The notes under the pieces were generated by a model. The model was not told the origin of the DNA. It ran no database searches and saw nothing but the letters and a program-made list of their open reading frames with translations. A stretch of 55,238 nucleotides of DNA from Ruditapes philippinarum (lineage: Eukaryota), in NCBI RefSeq assembly GCF_026571515.1, contig NW_026853223.1, forward strand, positions 1 to 55,238. The letters run 5' to 3'. Within the stretch, counting starts at the first letter, position 1, and the number at the start of each line of letters is the position of its first letter. Below, one piece after another: positions 38,512-51,595 of the stretch. A program made the translations under genes and the position numbers.

Positions 38512-39652
38512 ATGGTACAGAGGTGACATGTGTGTGTTTTAATAATTTGTGCGCACGACTTAGTATCTCGTGCGCACTAGATAACAAATCGTGCGAACTA
38601 GTTACTAAGTCGTGCGTAAGAGTTACCAAGTCATGAGCACGAGATAATTAAGTTGTACGCAAGAGACAATATGTGGTGCTCAGGATTGACTAAGTGGTGC
38701 GCACGAGATAATTTAGTCGTGCGCACAACATAACTAGTAAATCAGATCGCCATGAGCAATATTAGTACCAAGTAACATAAACAATGGCTTATCTATTCTC
38801 GAGTTATTGTTTCGACAAGAATTTTACATTAAGGTCTTTGACCTTTGACCTAATAATCAAAATCAATAGAGATTTTCTACTGGTCATCAAGGGACTTTGG
38901 GACATGTCCCTATCAAGTTAAAAAACGCATGGCTTATTTCTTCTCAAGTTACTGATTGAAGGATTTTTAATAAAGCGTCACTGGGCCCTGATCTTTGACC
39001 AAAAACATTAGGTGTAATCTACTGATCAGGTGCAATGCACTTACTAGGTGATATAAACCATGGCTAATACCTTCTCAAGTTATTTATCAGACTAGGATTT
39101 TACATGAAGTGTCATGGTTTCCTTGACCTTTGACATTATGACTTCAAACATCAATATAGGTCATAATGGCTATGGACAATGTCCCTACCAAATAAAATTA
39201 AGCAGGACATATTTCTTCTCAAGTTATCGTATGCACAACGTTAACAGACCGTTTGTACGTACGTACTTAACAACCCAATCACATGATTGTCTCCACTTTT
39301 AGGTGGGAGCATAAAAACTTATAATTATCAGAACTTAGTCAAAATGAATGTCTGATTTATCGGCCTTGGATTGTGACCTCCTAATATATTCCTAAAGACT
39401 TGCATCAAGTTTGAAGTACAACCTTCAGTAGTGTTGGATATAAAACTTTAACCAGGAATTATATACAAGTTTGTAAAATTCATATATTTAATGTAACCTG
39501 ATTGGTTAATTATCTCGTTGGCACCACAAAGTAGCTCGTACACACGAGTTAATTATCTCGTGCACACGATTTAGTAGCTCATACACACGATTTAATTATC
39601 TCGTGCGCACGAGATAAATAAAAACACACACATGTCACCCCTGTGCCACTGT
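38512..39652. mobile_element. TIR element with ~21-bp subterminal tandem repeats (TCGTGCGCACGA core) and a nested repeat
   Basis: Left GGTACAGAGGTGACATGTGTGTGTTTT mirrors right AAAACACACACATGTCACCCCTGTGCC; GTGCGCACGA arrays at 38550-38730 and 39505-39615. Confidence 0.8.
38745..39320. mobile_element. nested Helentron/HINE-like repeat with tandem ~130-bp units (TGACCTTTGACC motif)
   Basis: Recurring ATGGCT(T/A)AT...TTCTC(A/G)AGTTA...GATTTT...TGACCTTTGAC...ATCAATA units; family name from recollection. Confidence 0.55.
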
Positions 39653-40265
39653 ATAAATGTTTATTTTACATTTTTAATGCTAACATTGATATTAGTACTT
39701 TCATTTAAAACGATCTCAAGCTTTAATGTATATAACATGGTTATTTGCATAAATATATTTTACAATTGTGATCATTACCTAGCGTTCTCCTTGAAATATG
39801 ATACTCAACAATAATCTTTTGTGATAAAATATTTTCTACTTTTGTATAATGTAGTAGGTTTCATTTTAAACTGTCATTTTAGTCTTCATTTATTCTACTT
39901 AAATACTTCTTTCAATGAATAACTATGATGACAGGTATACGAGTTGGGATATCAAGATAAACAGCCACCAGTATAGAACCTGGTCAGACTGCACGTGTTC
40001 AACCTGGTTTGACTTGTGCCAAAGGCTAATCATTTTTGGGTCCGGGGGTTAAAGATTAACAATACTTCTATTAAATTATCAGGTGCGAATTTCAACCCAT
40101 CTTGTATGAAGTTGAAACAGACTGAGATGACGATTTGCTTTAGGTGCTTGAGTTAAGGAATTTTTTAGAAAGGTATACTCACTAAGATGGCTTAATGTTT
40201 GACCTATATTAAACAAATTGTAAGTGCTCTTAAAAACAAGTTTTATAACTCTAATATCTTTTCAA

Positions 40266-40372
40266 TAATTATTATAATAATAATAATGATACAGTAATAA
40301 TAATGATGATGATGATAGTGATGATGAAAATAATAATAATAATAATAATAATAAATAATAATAAAAATAATA
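40266..40372. repeat. (AAT)n/(GAT)n microsatellite
   Basis: Directly visible. Confidence 0.9.
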
Positions 40373-41728
40373 TCAAGAAATCTATGCGCGACCTGGGCAA
40401 AAATCTAAAAAAAAACACGTGTCACTGCTATTAAAATGTTTTAGATATTTCAATGCTTATATTTATAGTTTAACTGCGTATATGAAATGAGCTGATGTTA
40501 CGTTAATTTACTGGTTCGTAAGAATGAATAGTGAGTGTATTCTATTGGTCTATTAGTTACTAGAGTTTTAACTTCCCTGTTGATTGTCATTAGTCGAAAA
40601 TTTTATTCACTCTATTCAAAGTTAACAAATTTGAAATCTTCTTTTCACATTTTAATTGAAATTTCATATCATACCTTTTATTATGTCATTGATAAAATGC
40701 CTGAACAGTTTTGGTGAAATTCTATTTCCCATTCATTATATATTTTAGAGCTTAATATGTTCAAAATTAGGTAAAGGAAGAATGGTTAGGTTAATTTCTA
40801 AGAAAACTTTAAATGATTAAGGAGTGTTGACAGTTGAAACGGTGCAAAAAGTCTTTCGGACTATAACAATTTCAAAAAAGTACCGAATACCCGAAAATAA
40901 CAGGTGTTAAATATAATCTTAAACTTGTTCAAACGTACTTAGGTGTTTATCTCATATCAGTTTTTTTGTATTATTTTATTAATATTTTGCTTGTTAAGTA
41001 ATCGAGTGGTAGACGTTAACATTAATTAATGTATTTAGCACAAGAATAAATGGTTATTTATGTAATCATAATTATATAGTGTATCCTGCACTGCAACAAT
41101 TATGAAATCAAGTATGCATTAGCGCGCATGCGTGTGTGCGTGTATGTGTGTGTGTGCTATTAAATTGTAATTTTCACACTTAGTATCTATATATTGTGTT
41201 ACTATGTACAAAACAGGAACAACAAAAACAAAAAAAAGATAAAAAAAATAAATGTCCGTCCTGCTGAAAGCAAATTAAGTTTCAGAAATGAATTCGATTT
41301 TTCCTGTAAAGAAAAGACAAAACTTTATTTTGTATTTTTTTAATATGGATAAAGAGCTCAATAAATGATTATCACGTGTACAAAGCATCGTTGAATGTGA
41401 ATAAGTTTGTCTTTAAATGTAGCAAAAAGTTTTGACTTCATACAAATTACTGAGTCACATTATAAGTGGCCGAAAAGCTAGATGGTACTGAGTATCGTTT
41501 CGGAAACTGTAACAGAATATCAACAATACGATAATAAAAATTTTTTTTATAACTTAATGAGCATGTAAGCTCTCCTTTGAATTAGGTTGTGGTAAATCCG
41601 AATGGTACAAAAATAGTTTGAGGAAAAGGAAAGTTTTAAAACTTGTCCATTCGAGCAAAATAAATCATTTGTCTAAACTTTTTTTAAATGTTTTAAAGTT
41701 TTGTGAAATTTTCATGTTTTCTGTAGAA

Positions 41729-42111
41729 NNNNNNNNNNNNNNNNNNNNNNNNNNNNNNNNNNNNNNNNNNNNNNNNNNNNNNNNNNNNNNNNNNNNNNNN
41801 NNNNNNNNNNNNNNNNNNNNNNNNNNNNNNNNNNNNNNNNNNNNNNNNNNNNNNNNNNNNNNNNNNNNNNNNNNNNNNNNNNNNNNNNNNNNNNNNNNNN
41901 NNNNNNNNNNNNNNNNNNNNNNNNNNNNNNNNNNNNNNNNNNNNNNNNNNNNNNNNNNNNNNNNNNNNNNNNNNNNNNNNNNNNNNNNNNNNNNNNNNNN
42001 NNNNNNNNNNNNNNNNNNNNNNNNNNNNNNNNNNNNNNNNNNNNNNNNNNNNNNNNNNNNNNNNNNNNNNNNNNNNNNNNNNNNNNNNNNNNNNNNNNNN
42101 NNNNNNNNNNN
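41729..42111. other. assembly gap (383 N)
   Basis: Run of N. Confidence 1.
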
Positions 42112-44965
42112 TGAAAAATTTGAAAATGTTTTTGAATGTATGATATTGTGAAATAACCAAAAGGAAGCAATTTGCGCATGATCAATGGCACTTACAACAC
42201 ACGTAAATTACCAAAAAATTGGTCAAAAAGTAACACAATAGAAATATAGTTGTTAATACTGACAAATCAGTCATTAACCGCACATAACATGTAAAATATT
42301 ACTTGAATCTTGAATCATTTTGCTTTTCCTAAAATCGTAGTACATATTTTTCAAGTTTGATTTTAATGAAATATTTTGACTCATCTGGTGGTATGCAGCT
42401 TTAAGAATAATAACAACATAAAAATCACCACGTATATGTCCCCGGCCCAATTTAACAAGAAAAATTGGACCAAATAGAACGAATATGATATTGGAGGAGT
42501 ATTGGAGAAGTATTGACATTTGTACATGCTATATATTGTATAACTCCTAATTCTAGAGAAGTTTTTTCATGTTGCATAAGTATAGAAGATGTTTTGATGT
42601 AATCAAGTGGAGATGCACATGAATAACTTTAATAATTAGACCAAAATAGTTATAAATTTTTGAAGACTTTTTGGAAATTTTAATATGATATTCGCCTATA
42701 ATTCCACAGACGTGTGTTTCTTCAATTTAATAAATGTTAAATCAATTAACACTATAAAGAAAATCATATAATTAATGAATAATCTATGTAAAAGGGCCAA
42801 TGTGCTATTATATTTGTTTTCTAAAAGCTTTCTCGATCTTTCGTCCTATTAGTTTCCAAATTGATACTTATTGACCATATTGCTCTGCTATCTTTTGTTT
42901 CTTTTGCGTTATGTTATAGTGTTTTGTATGGAGGTAAAAATACTGTTTTAATTACATTTTTCTACCTTTAACACAACTATTTGAATACAGCCCTATTTCC
43001 TTAAGGTGCACAAGCATCTCATATATATGTTCTAAATCTATTGTATCATAACATTGTCAAAGGCATGTTTGCCCTTTCTACGGAAAGAGAAAAAAATGTT
43101 TAAGGCATAATGTGCCGTTAACAATGGGACAAGGTGACATTGTGTGTTCCAAGTACATTTATACACTCACTCTTGTAAATTGCATCGCTTAGAATAAAAA
43201 TACAGCTGCGAACTTTAGATTATCTGTAACAACTTTATCTTATACATGTATATACATACTCATTTAGATCATTTTCGTATACGCAAATATTGAAAACACA
43301 ATAAATTCATAAAAACAAACATTTTAAAGTAACATTTATTTACCTTATTATCAATATTACGACGCCTACGTCTATACCAGAATTAAGTTTCCCAAAGACC
43401 AAAATGTGCCCCCTGACGTTTATGCACGCACCATTTTGCGAAAATTGTGTGGATATAAGACGGGAATTTCCAACATTTTATGGTTGACTGAACGTCATCT
43501 ATCCGATTGGTTGACTACCTGTCCAATTATTATAATAATACGATTTATAAACTCTTTAAACATCTAAAGTAGTTTCACATTTAATACTGAATGGTTTATA
43601 CTATATACCCCTGCTCATCTCTACCAATAACTGGGTAAGATAACTGTGTATGATGGTTCGAGTTTAGTTTCTTTATGATATAGCTGTTCATCAAGCTCAA
43701 GCATAGCTGCTGCTTCTGCACGTGTATTAAATAAAAATGCCGGTATTTTGTGGGATGGGTCAGGCACTACAAGAATACAGTCGGCGTGACATAAAACTTA
43801 CTTATTTCATACAATGAACGTGAACTAGAAATTATGTAAAGAATTATATTTTATTTAATACGCAATATATGATGTCAACCCGGTACGGAATTACACAAAA
43901 TCCGTTGAAGTCTAGAAAATAGATCTTCAATTTTTTTAAGTGTCCCATTTTAAGTTGGTCATATTTTAATTGTATCAATTGCATATGTTCCGCTTGTCTG
44001 TTTATAATATGATGACTTTAAAAGTTGTTTTGTGTGCACAAATTATTTCTCATTTCTGACCGAAAGGACACACCAGGGGCAGGAGTTTGGTTCAATGCTC
44101 CTTTTTCAAGTTTGTCGTTTTTGACGTTCTTTAGAACCCGCGACTTGTCTTACATGGGGGTGTAAAAAAGGTTTTTCTAGCAGTGGTGTAAACAGTAGAT
44201 AATGCTGTCTGATATGCAAGAACAGAACAAATTTTACATTACATATACGATCAGTACAAAAAGGATGAGAATGGGAACAACTGAACGCTTTATTTAAGTA
44301 TTTCCCCCAAACAGGACTTTTGAAAGTGGACAAGGAGGAAAATTTCTGAACAAAGACGATCGCTAAAATGTTTTATTGCGGGCTTCATTTCACTTGGATA
44401 GTTTTGATGTTTAAATTTTAAAACCGTAAATTTTTCATCAGAAATTGTAGAATCAAGAGTTTACCTTCGAATATGGCTGATTTCTTCTGGAATATAAATG
44501 ACAATACCTTTATCTTAAACTTAAATCTAGTATAAACTTAATGCCTTATTAACTTAATATATCTATCATATACACGCTATCTTTCTTTTGTATATATTAT
44601 ACTTACTATATCAAAAGGATTTCCATAAATATAAAGTAAATGCAATGCAATATGACTAAGAGTTCTTTAAGTGTATAATATCACACGAGTTGCAATGCTT
44701 TCAAGCTAACACGTAAAAGGAACTGGAAGTAATGCACTAAGAATCAAAGATGCAAACATCTAAATTCAATCCCAGCGCATTCTTAATGCGTTCTTAGTAA
44801 TGAAGTTTGAAGAAAATATATGGTCCAGTATTATATAAGTAACAACTTTTTATACACGACCATATAGCACATCAAACGCTTTATAACAAATATCAAATAC
44901 TTTTTATGATTAAAATACATGTAATCCTAAATTTATATCATCTTGAATTTCTGTATTTTGCTTTT

Positions 44966-44979
44966 AAGTCACGTGACTT
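44966..44979. promoter_or_regulatory. palindromic E-box/CLEAR-like site AAGTCACGTGACTT
   Basis: GTCACGTGAC ~40 bp before a donor GAG|GTAACT (45017) that could pair with acceptor atag| (45413) just before the B-box gene ATG. Confidence 0.35.
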
Positions 44980-45426
44980 TGACAAAATTGTAAATGTATT
45001 GATTGTGTGAAACGAGGTAACTGTATGTATAGGTTATAATAACAAAGTATGTAGTTCTTCTTACATTTGTATTGAATATTTAAATATGTAAATATAACTA
45101 GTACACTGTTACAATTTAATGTGTGTCATTGTTCGAGTGTCACTATCTACTTACCTGGCGTTAAAAGACAATAGGTGCTTTCAATTGAAGAAATCATTTA
45201 ACCTCGTTATACACATTAAAGTTTTAACTCTAAACATTCTTTATTCGATGTTCAACTTGCAATAGTATACCGTTGAATAGTTTTTTGATTGACAATAAGC
45301 GCTAACTTATTTTTTTAGTTTATTCACATGCTTTGTAAAAGTTATTCCTTTTCATTGATGTTCAATTGCGTTTTAAAGCTGTATTGGTAACACTGATTTT
45401 GCCGAAAATATAGCTACGTGTTGAAA

Positions 45427-46605
45427 ATGGCTTCAGGAACTACCTTGACAGATTTAATACAGGAAAACTCATCAGGATCAAAAAATGAGTCAGAATATGG
45501 TCTGTCCGATACGGTCAGCTATAAGGATGTACACTGTACCTCATGCCAACGCAGAGGACGAAAAACCAAAGGTGCTTACTATTGCCAAGATTGTAAAGTA
45601 GGTTTATGTCATGAATGCGCATCTGGGCACACAAAGGATGTGAAGTTGAACAGACATAGTGTGTCTGTAATAAGCAAGACATTCCTTACAACACCGAATC
45701 AAGGACCTTACCCAGAACTGACAGAAATTGGGACGATTAAATTCGATGTGGAATGTTCTCTAAAAGGATCTACATTCCTTCCGAATGGAGAGTTGGTTGT
45801 AACAGATTTCACAAACTCTAAAATCCGTGTTTTTAGTTCTGACTATACCCGTAAACCTGTTGCCAGTTTTCTGATTCCCAAACAGAACAAATGGGATGAA
45901 AAACGCCCAAAGCCTTTTGATATAACAGCGACTGGACCACATTCTGTCGCATTTACCGCGGATAATGGATGCATCTACATGGTAACCGTTGGTGCAACCA
46001 TGGTTATAAAGATAGAGAGAGTTATTCCAGTGATAAATTTTGAATCGAACTATGGTGAATGTTTAGGACTTGCTTTCAACAACATTGATAAAAATCTTTA
46101 CGTAGGCTGTAGTTCAGACAGGGAAGGTGTCTATATTAAAATCTACGGACTTGATGGTGAAGTAAGAAGAGTTGTTCGTGACGGAATAATAGAGCCACCA
46201 AACTATCTTACGTTTGGTATTGATAAGAGTAGATTGTACGCTGCAAATGCTGATAGCGTTACCGTATATGACATCAGAGATTTCAGCGTTGTAGAAGAAT
46301 TTACTGAGCTTCAGGCTCAAACAACAGATATTATTGTAGACAAATACGGATATCTTTACACGCTTGCCCTGGAGAGAAGAACATTCAATAAGCCCGGGAG
46401 CGTATATCGTCTGAATTCAGACAAAGGAGTCACAAAAGTGACCGACTTAACGTATAAACCCTCGTCTGTTTCTTACAGTATGAAAACCGACGATATCGCC
46501 GTCACGTTTGAAAAGTCTAGATACATTTTCCTATTTAAACTGAAACTACGGACGTTTCAAAAACCTTTCGGCGGCGGTCTGATGCGATACAAAGATGTGA
46601 AATAA
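45427..46605 (+). CDS. B-box zinc finger and NHL-like beta-propeller protein (TRIM-like; no RING or coiled coil)
   Basis: AAAATGG start at 45427; CTSC...AYYCQDCKVGLCHECASGH...RHSV (B-box1 pattern); propeller-like repeats STFLPNGELVVTDFTNSKIRVFS, PFDITAT, CLGLAFN..KNLYVG, PNYLTF..DKSRLYAA, DIIVDKYGYLY. Confidence 0.88.
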   Translation: MASGTTLTDLIQENSSGSKNESEYGLSDTVSYKDVHCTSCQRRGRKTKGAYYCQDCKVGLCHECASGHTKDVKLNRHSVSVISKTFLTTPNQGPYPELTEIGTIKFDVECSLKGSTFLPNGELVVTDFTNSKIRVFSSDYTRKPVASFLIPKQNKWDEKRPKPFDITATGPHSVAFTADNGCIYMVTVGATMVIKIERVIPVINFESNYGECLGLAFNNIDKNLYVGCSSDREGVYIKIYGLDGEVRRVVRDGIIEPPNYLTFGIDKSRLYAANADSVTVYDIRDFSVVEEFTELQAQTTDIIVDKYGYLYTLALERRTFNKPGSVYRLNSDKGVTKVTDLTYKPSSVSYSMKTDDIAVTFEKSRYIFLFKLKLRTFQKPFGGGLMRYKDVK

Positions 46606-47153
46606 ATTTAGCATGGACTTAAATGTACTAAAACAATACCAATAAAGAAATGTATTGATTTTCAATGCGAAATTATTTCAGTTTTGCTTTTGTTGGTAAA
46701 ATCTCCGGAAAGGAAACAAATATAATAAAGTAATTTCTTTTTACAAAATAAGTTTGTTACACACTGTCATTTATAACCAAACAATATAGGAAAAGGGTAA
46801 TTTGTGATAAGAAATAGAATTGTTACCAATAAATAGTGAGTTATTATTTGGTTTTATTTGTTGTTGATTAAAATACTGGATTATGTGTTTAACTCATATT
46901 CTACTCATAGCGTAAGATCATGTTAACGTATAGAATTGAATATAAAAATGTCATTTTGTCTTAGTGACTTGATTTGGGTTCTTTTTGACGTGACAGACGT
47001 TTGGCTTATTATTATATTGTTGCATATGACAACACACTAGACAACTTTGTTAAAAAAGTCATCTTATTCTCTTTGACTGCAATTTTGAAGACCAGTTTCT
47101 TGGTCAATTGTTTGACAACTATGAAAAGAATATATGACAAAAATTTGAATAAA

Positions 47154-48210
47154 ATTGATTAAAGTAATCAACACCGACGATTGCTTAAGTTAATCCACAT
47201 CGACGATTGCTTAAGTTAATCCACGTCGAACATTATTTAAGTAAATCAACATCGACCTTTTATTAAGTTAATCAACATCGACCATTGATTGATTAAGTAA
47301 ATCAACATCGACCTTTTATTAAGTTAATCAACATCGACCATTGATTAAGTAAATCAACATCGACCATTTATGAAGTAAATCAACATCGACTATTGATTAA
47401 GTAAATCAACATCGACCATTTTTTAAGTTAATCAACATCGACCATTGTTTAAGTTAATCAACATCGACCATAAGTTAATCAACATCGACCATTGATTTAG
47501 TTAATCAACACCGGCAATTAATTAAGTAAACCAACATCGACCATTGCTTAAGTTAACCAACATCGACCATTGATTAAGATAATCAACATCGACCATTTTT
47601 TAAGTAAATCAACATCGACCATTGATTAAGTTAATCATCACCGACCATTGATTTAGTTAATCAACATCGATCATTGTTTAAGTTAATCAACATCGACCAT
47701 TGCTTAGTTTATCAACATCGGCCATTGCTCAGGTTAATCAATAGCGGTCATTGCTAAAGCAGGACAAATTGTTGCCAATTTTCTCTATTAAATTATTCTT
47801 TTTTTTTTTATTTTGAGGAACTGGATAAAAGTTAATCAACATCGGCCATTGTTTAAGTTTACCAACATCGACCATTGTTTAAGTTAACCAACATCGACCA
47901 TTGATAAAGTTAATCAACATCGGCCATTGTTTAAGTTTACCAACATCGACCATTGTTTAAGTTAACCAACATCGACCATTGATTAAGTTAACCAACATCG
48001 ACCATTGATAAAGTTAATCAACATCTGCCATTGTTTAAGTTTACCAACATCGACCATTGTTTAAGCTACTCAACATCGACCATTGCTAAGTTTATCAACA
48101 TCGGCCATTGCTCAGGTTAATCAATATCGGTTATTGCTAAAGCAGGACAAATTTTGCCAAATTTCTCTAATAAATTATTCTTTTTTTTTATTTTGAGGAA
48201 CTGGATAAAA
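47154..48210. repeat. 26-bp minisatellite in two blocks with a duplicated unique 3' end
   Basis: Unit AAGTTAATCAACATCGACCATTGTTT; the tail GCTAAAGCAGGACAAA...TTTTGAGGAACTGGATAAAA occurs at ~47753-47830 and ~48135-48210. Confidence 0.95.
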
Positions 48211-48547
48211 ATAAAAAGCATACGGTATTTTTAAAAGAAAATATTTTCTTCAACGTGCAAAGGGAAAATACTAAATTTACACATACATAATTTTTAGGCA
48301 TTCAAGAATAATTAAACAACCAATTAATAAAGGTATAAGGGTAAGTATAGATTTGCTAAGTGACATAGTGACACGAATATAAAGCAGGTCATTCTTTGGA
48401 TCAAGTAACATACACTATAAAGTATTGTTTTGAAATCATTTCAGTTATACGAAACATACAAACAAGTATTATATTGACATGTATTCAAATCATATTTAAG
48501 AATGGTATGGATAATTCATTTGATAATTAAGGAGACGTGTTATAAAA

Positions 48548-48638
48548 ATGGAGAAAAAATTAAAGGCGGGACCAGATTGGATGTCGAAGCTCCCACCTGT
48601 ATTATGGGATCACCCTTTAAACTCTTTGGCCATACCAG
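48548..48638 (+). CDS. PI-PLC X domain-containing protein (PLCXD-like), exon 1
   Basis: DWMSKLPPVLWDHPLNSLAIPG; phase-1 donor CCAG|GTCTGT. Confidence 0.88.
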
Positions 48639-49254
48639 GTCTGTATATATTTTTTATTTCTTGTTCAACCTTTTACGACAATAGCTCGCACTTACGTATA
48701 TCATTTACATTGAATTTTAGATTTCGAAATTCGGGAGTGATCACTTGTTATTAATGGTACATTAAGGACAGCAGATCCAATACGTCTGTCTTTGCTAAGT
48801 GAAAAAAATGTTTCTGTGACTAACTGTGATAGTTTAGTAAATAATTATAAGCCTTTCTCTAGTTAATTTTATGTTTTTCAGCTGTCAATATAGGGAAACG
48901 TTTCAATATTCGGTAAACCTTTCTTCTCTGGAAGCAATTTTTTTTTCTGCGATTTATTATATTAACAGTTTTTGTAATGTCATATCCGAGTCGCTTGCAC
49001 ATTTTTTGTCACTGGAATATAGTAAAATATATCAGTCTGTTATTGGTGCAGCGTAGAGATGATTAACAAATCGGATATTGTATTATACTTATTATATACA
49101 TACATTGGTTTAAATAAACTAAAACTATTTTAGTAAACTAAATCCTGTTCAACCTAATTAAAATTTGAAATGTAAAGAAAGATCTGTATTTTCCAAATTA
49201 ACATAAACATGCTTCCTCTAGTTGCAAACATTGCATTATCAAATACTTCCTTTT

Positions 49255-49500
49255 TATATTACTATGCCCACGCCATGATTATGACAAGGAGGGGGGAGGG
49301 GGCATATAGTGTTACCCCTGTCTGCGTGATTGCGAGAATATGTGTTCGAAAATCTTATCCGGCCCATAACTTCGTTATGCATTAAGGGATTTTAAGATAA
49401 CTTGGTACAAATATGAAGTATGATAAGACGATGTGTCGAGCACTTGACATAGACCCCTAGTTTCAAGGCCAAGGTGACACTTATGAAGAACCGTTTGCTG
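49255..49500 (+). mobile_element. Helentron/HINE-like interspersed repeat fragment
   Basis: TATGCCC...GGGGCATATAGTGTTACCCCTGTC...CATAACTT...TCAAGGCCAAGGTGACAC, a layout I recognise from bivalve repeats. Confidence 0.6.
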
Positions 49501-49667
49501 ATGTTGTAATAACTCGTGGTTAAATCCTTTGATTCTTTTGGGTAAATATAATGATAACATACTGTTATAAATGTGTATAAAAAGAGCAATAAAATATGTT
49601 TGAATCATTTTACATAGAGTCGCGATAAAAAATTTGATCCTAATATTTATATCTTTCTTGTCACCAG

Positions 49668-49788
49668 GAAGCCATCATTCCTTCAGTTTCTACACGGACA
49701 AGGAAGCAAGAATAGACCGTCCAAGTGATCCAATTTACAGACAATTTGTTGAGGAATTTGGTGAGCTTGCAGGCGAAATATCTTACAG
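49668..49788 (+). CDS. PLCXD-like, exon 2
   Basis: tcaccag|GA gives GSHHSFSF...ISYR; phase-2 donor TACAG|GTTAAA. Confidence 0.88.
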
Positions 49789-50967
49789 GTTAAACATTTT
49801 GTTAACATTAAGAGACAATAAAACTCATTATGTTCGTTGGCAATACAAATATATATATATATTCATAGATTTATTTATTGATGTTGTTACTATTAAACAC
49901 AGATTTACATTTAAAATGTATTTGCCAGAAACATGGAAATTAAATGAAAACCACGAGAAACCTGCCAGGATCCTATAGTGTAAGCATAAATGTATAATTT
50001 AAATAAAAATCTTCCCGAAAAGAATGAAATTTCTTATGACATTTAGTGTGATAATTGTTGATACTTTCCCTAAGTATTGTAACATTGTATTTTTATCATC
50101 ATATACTACTGTAGCGTGTACCGAGCTGTTGATTATTTAATCTATAGCTACAAAATAAAATCACAATATTCTCAAATGCAAATATATAATTTTTCTTGGG
50201 ATACTTATCCGAATTGATTTGAAATATTCAAAAATATTTTTTTCTTGCCTTGTGCCTTCTTAGCGACGTGCACGATCCGAGGGGAAGTGAGAAGGGTGCT
50301 GATTTTTTTTACACTGAACACGCTCAATTTATATGCTTGTGAAGCATCATCCCCGCAGTGAATAAAAACAATCATTTTGATTGGCTAAAATAATAAAGCG
50401 TTTCATGAAACGGACTTTTACTAAACCTTATCAGCGTCTGTCACTTGAAGTAAATTTACATAAAAATTGATGTGAGTAAAGAAACAATTCAAAATATAAA
50501 CACTGGATGATTCTTTTAACTTATATATATTTGACGATAAAAACAACTAAAAATCCTACTCTTCCTATCTAATTAAATCTACGAATGAACTGTATTTTTT
50601 TTATGCAAACGGCGAACTTAAAAAAAAAGGAGAGGCAATCAAATTAACTATAAGGTACATTTCCGTCACACTACAATGCATTAGATTACAAATAAAGTAC
50701 TGTAAGGCTCTGAATGGTATGCCATTGACCCCTCGGCAATACTGACTAGAACAATAACAATAATAAAATACACATGATCGAATGAAAAAACCCACACAAC
50801 TAACATTTTTGAGGTTGAAGAATTTTTCATTATTATCATGAATATCCTTCATATACAATACAGAAAGACCTTGTCTGCTCTGCACGTATAGTAACAATTT
50901 ACATGGATAACCAACATAAAAAACATAAAGAAGAAATTTGTGGTTCATGTTATATCCATTATTACAG

Positions 50968-51337
50968 ATGGACTGTTACTCAAACAACCACATTCACACA
51001 ACAACTCAATCTTGGTATCCGATACTTTGATATAAGAGTGACAGCACGTGGCGAGGAAAAGGAGGATAAAAACGTTTACCTAAGAAACGGTCCAAACGTC
51101 TTGCAAGCTCTAAAAGAATTCAAAGTGTGGATTGGAATGCATCCACAAGAGGTCATCATTATAGACTTTCGGGTTGTGAACAAAATGAGCCCATTGCATC
51201 ACAAGTACCTTCTGGCAAACATTACCCAAGATTTGTTTGAAGAGAAATTGTTGCCGTACACAGGTAACGTGAAGGGAATAACTTTAAGGAATATGTGGTC
51301 GTTAGCAAAGCAAATCATTGTTATATACCCGAAAGAG
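50968..51337 (+). CDS. PLCXD-like, exon 3
   Basis: WTVTQTTTFTQQLNLGIRYFDIRV...HPQEVIIIDF...TLRNMW..KQIIVIY; acceptor ttacag|A, donor GAG|GTAAAT. Confidence 0.92.
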
Positions 51338-51595
51338 GTAAATATAACTCATAGTGATTTAATAATTATCTCTATATATCCTACCTATTTTGTTGTTAAA
51401 TTTTGGTGTAGTCTTAGCTCAAATGTTCAGAAAGGAGTCTATTTCACGACAATTTTTTATGAATACTCGGCTGAACGGCGATTCCTAGAATTTTTGGAAA
51501 TTCTAATACTTGTTTTATTTTAATTAAATAATACTCTTATATATTGTGATATGTTTTAATCAGAGTTGTTTGTACATAAAAGGAACTATATTATT

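Noticed and set aside
41618-42191. ORFs of 155-177 aa
   Set aside because: Artefacts of translating through the N gap.
47154-48210. CRISPR-like array
   Set aside because: Units are contiguous with no unique spacers, there are no cas genes, and the context is eukaryotic; it is a minisatellite. The same applies to 36416-36925 and 54546-54770.
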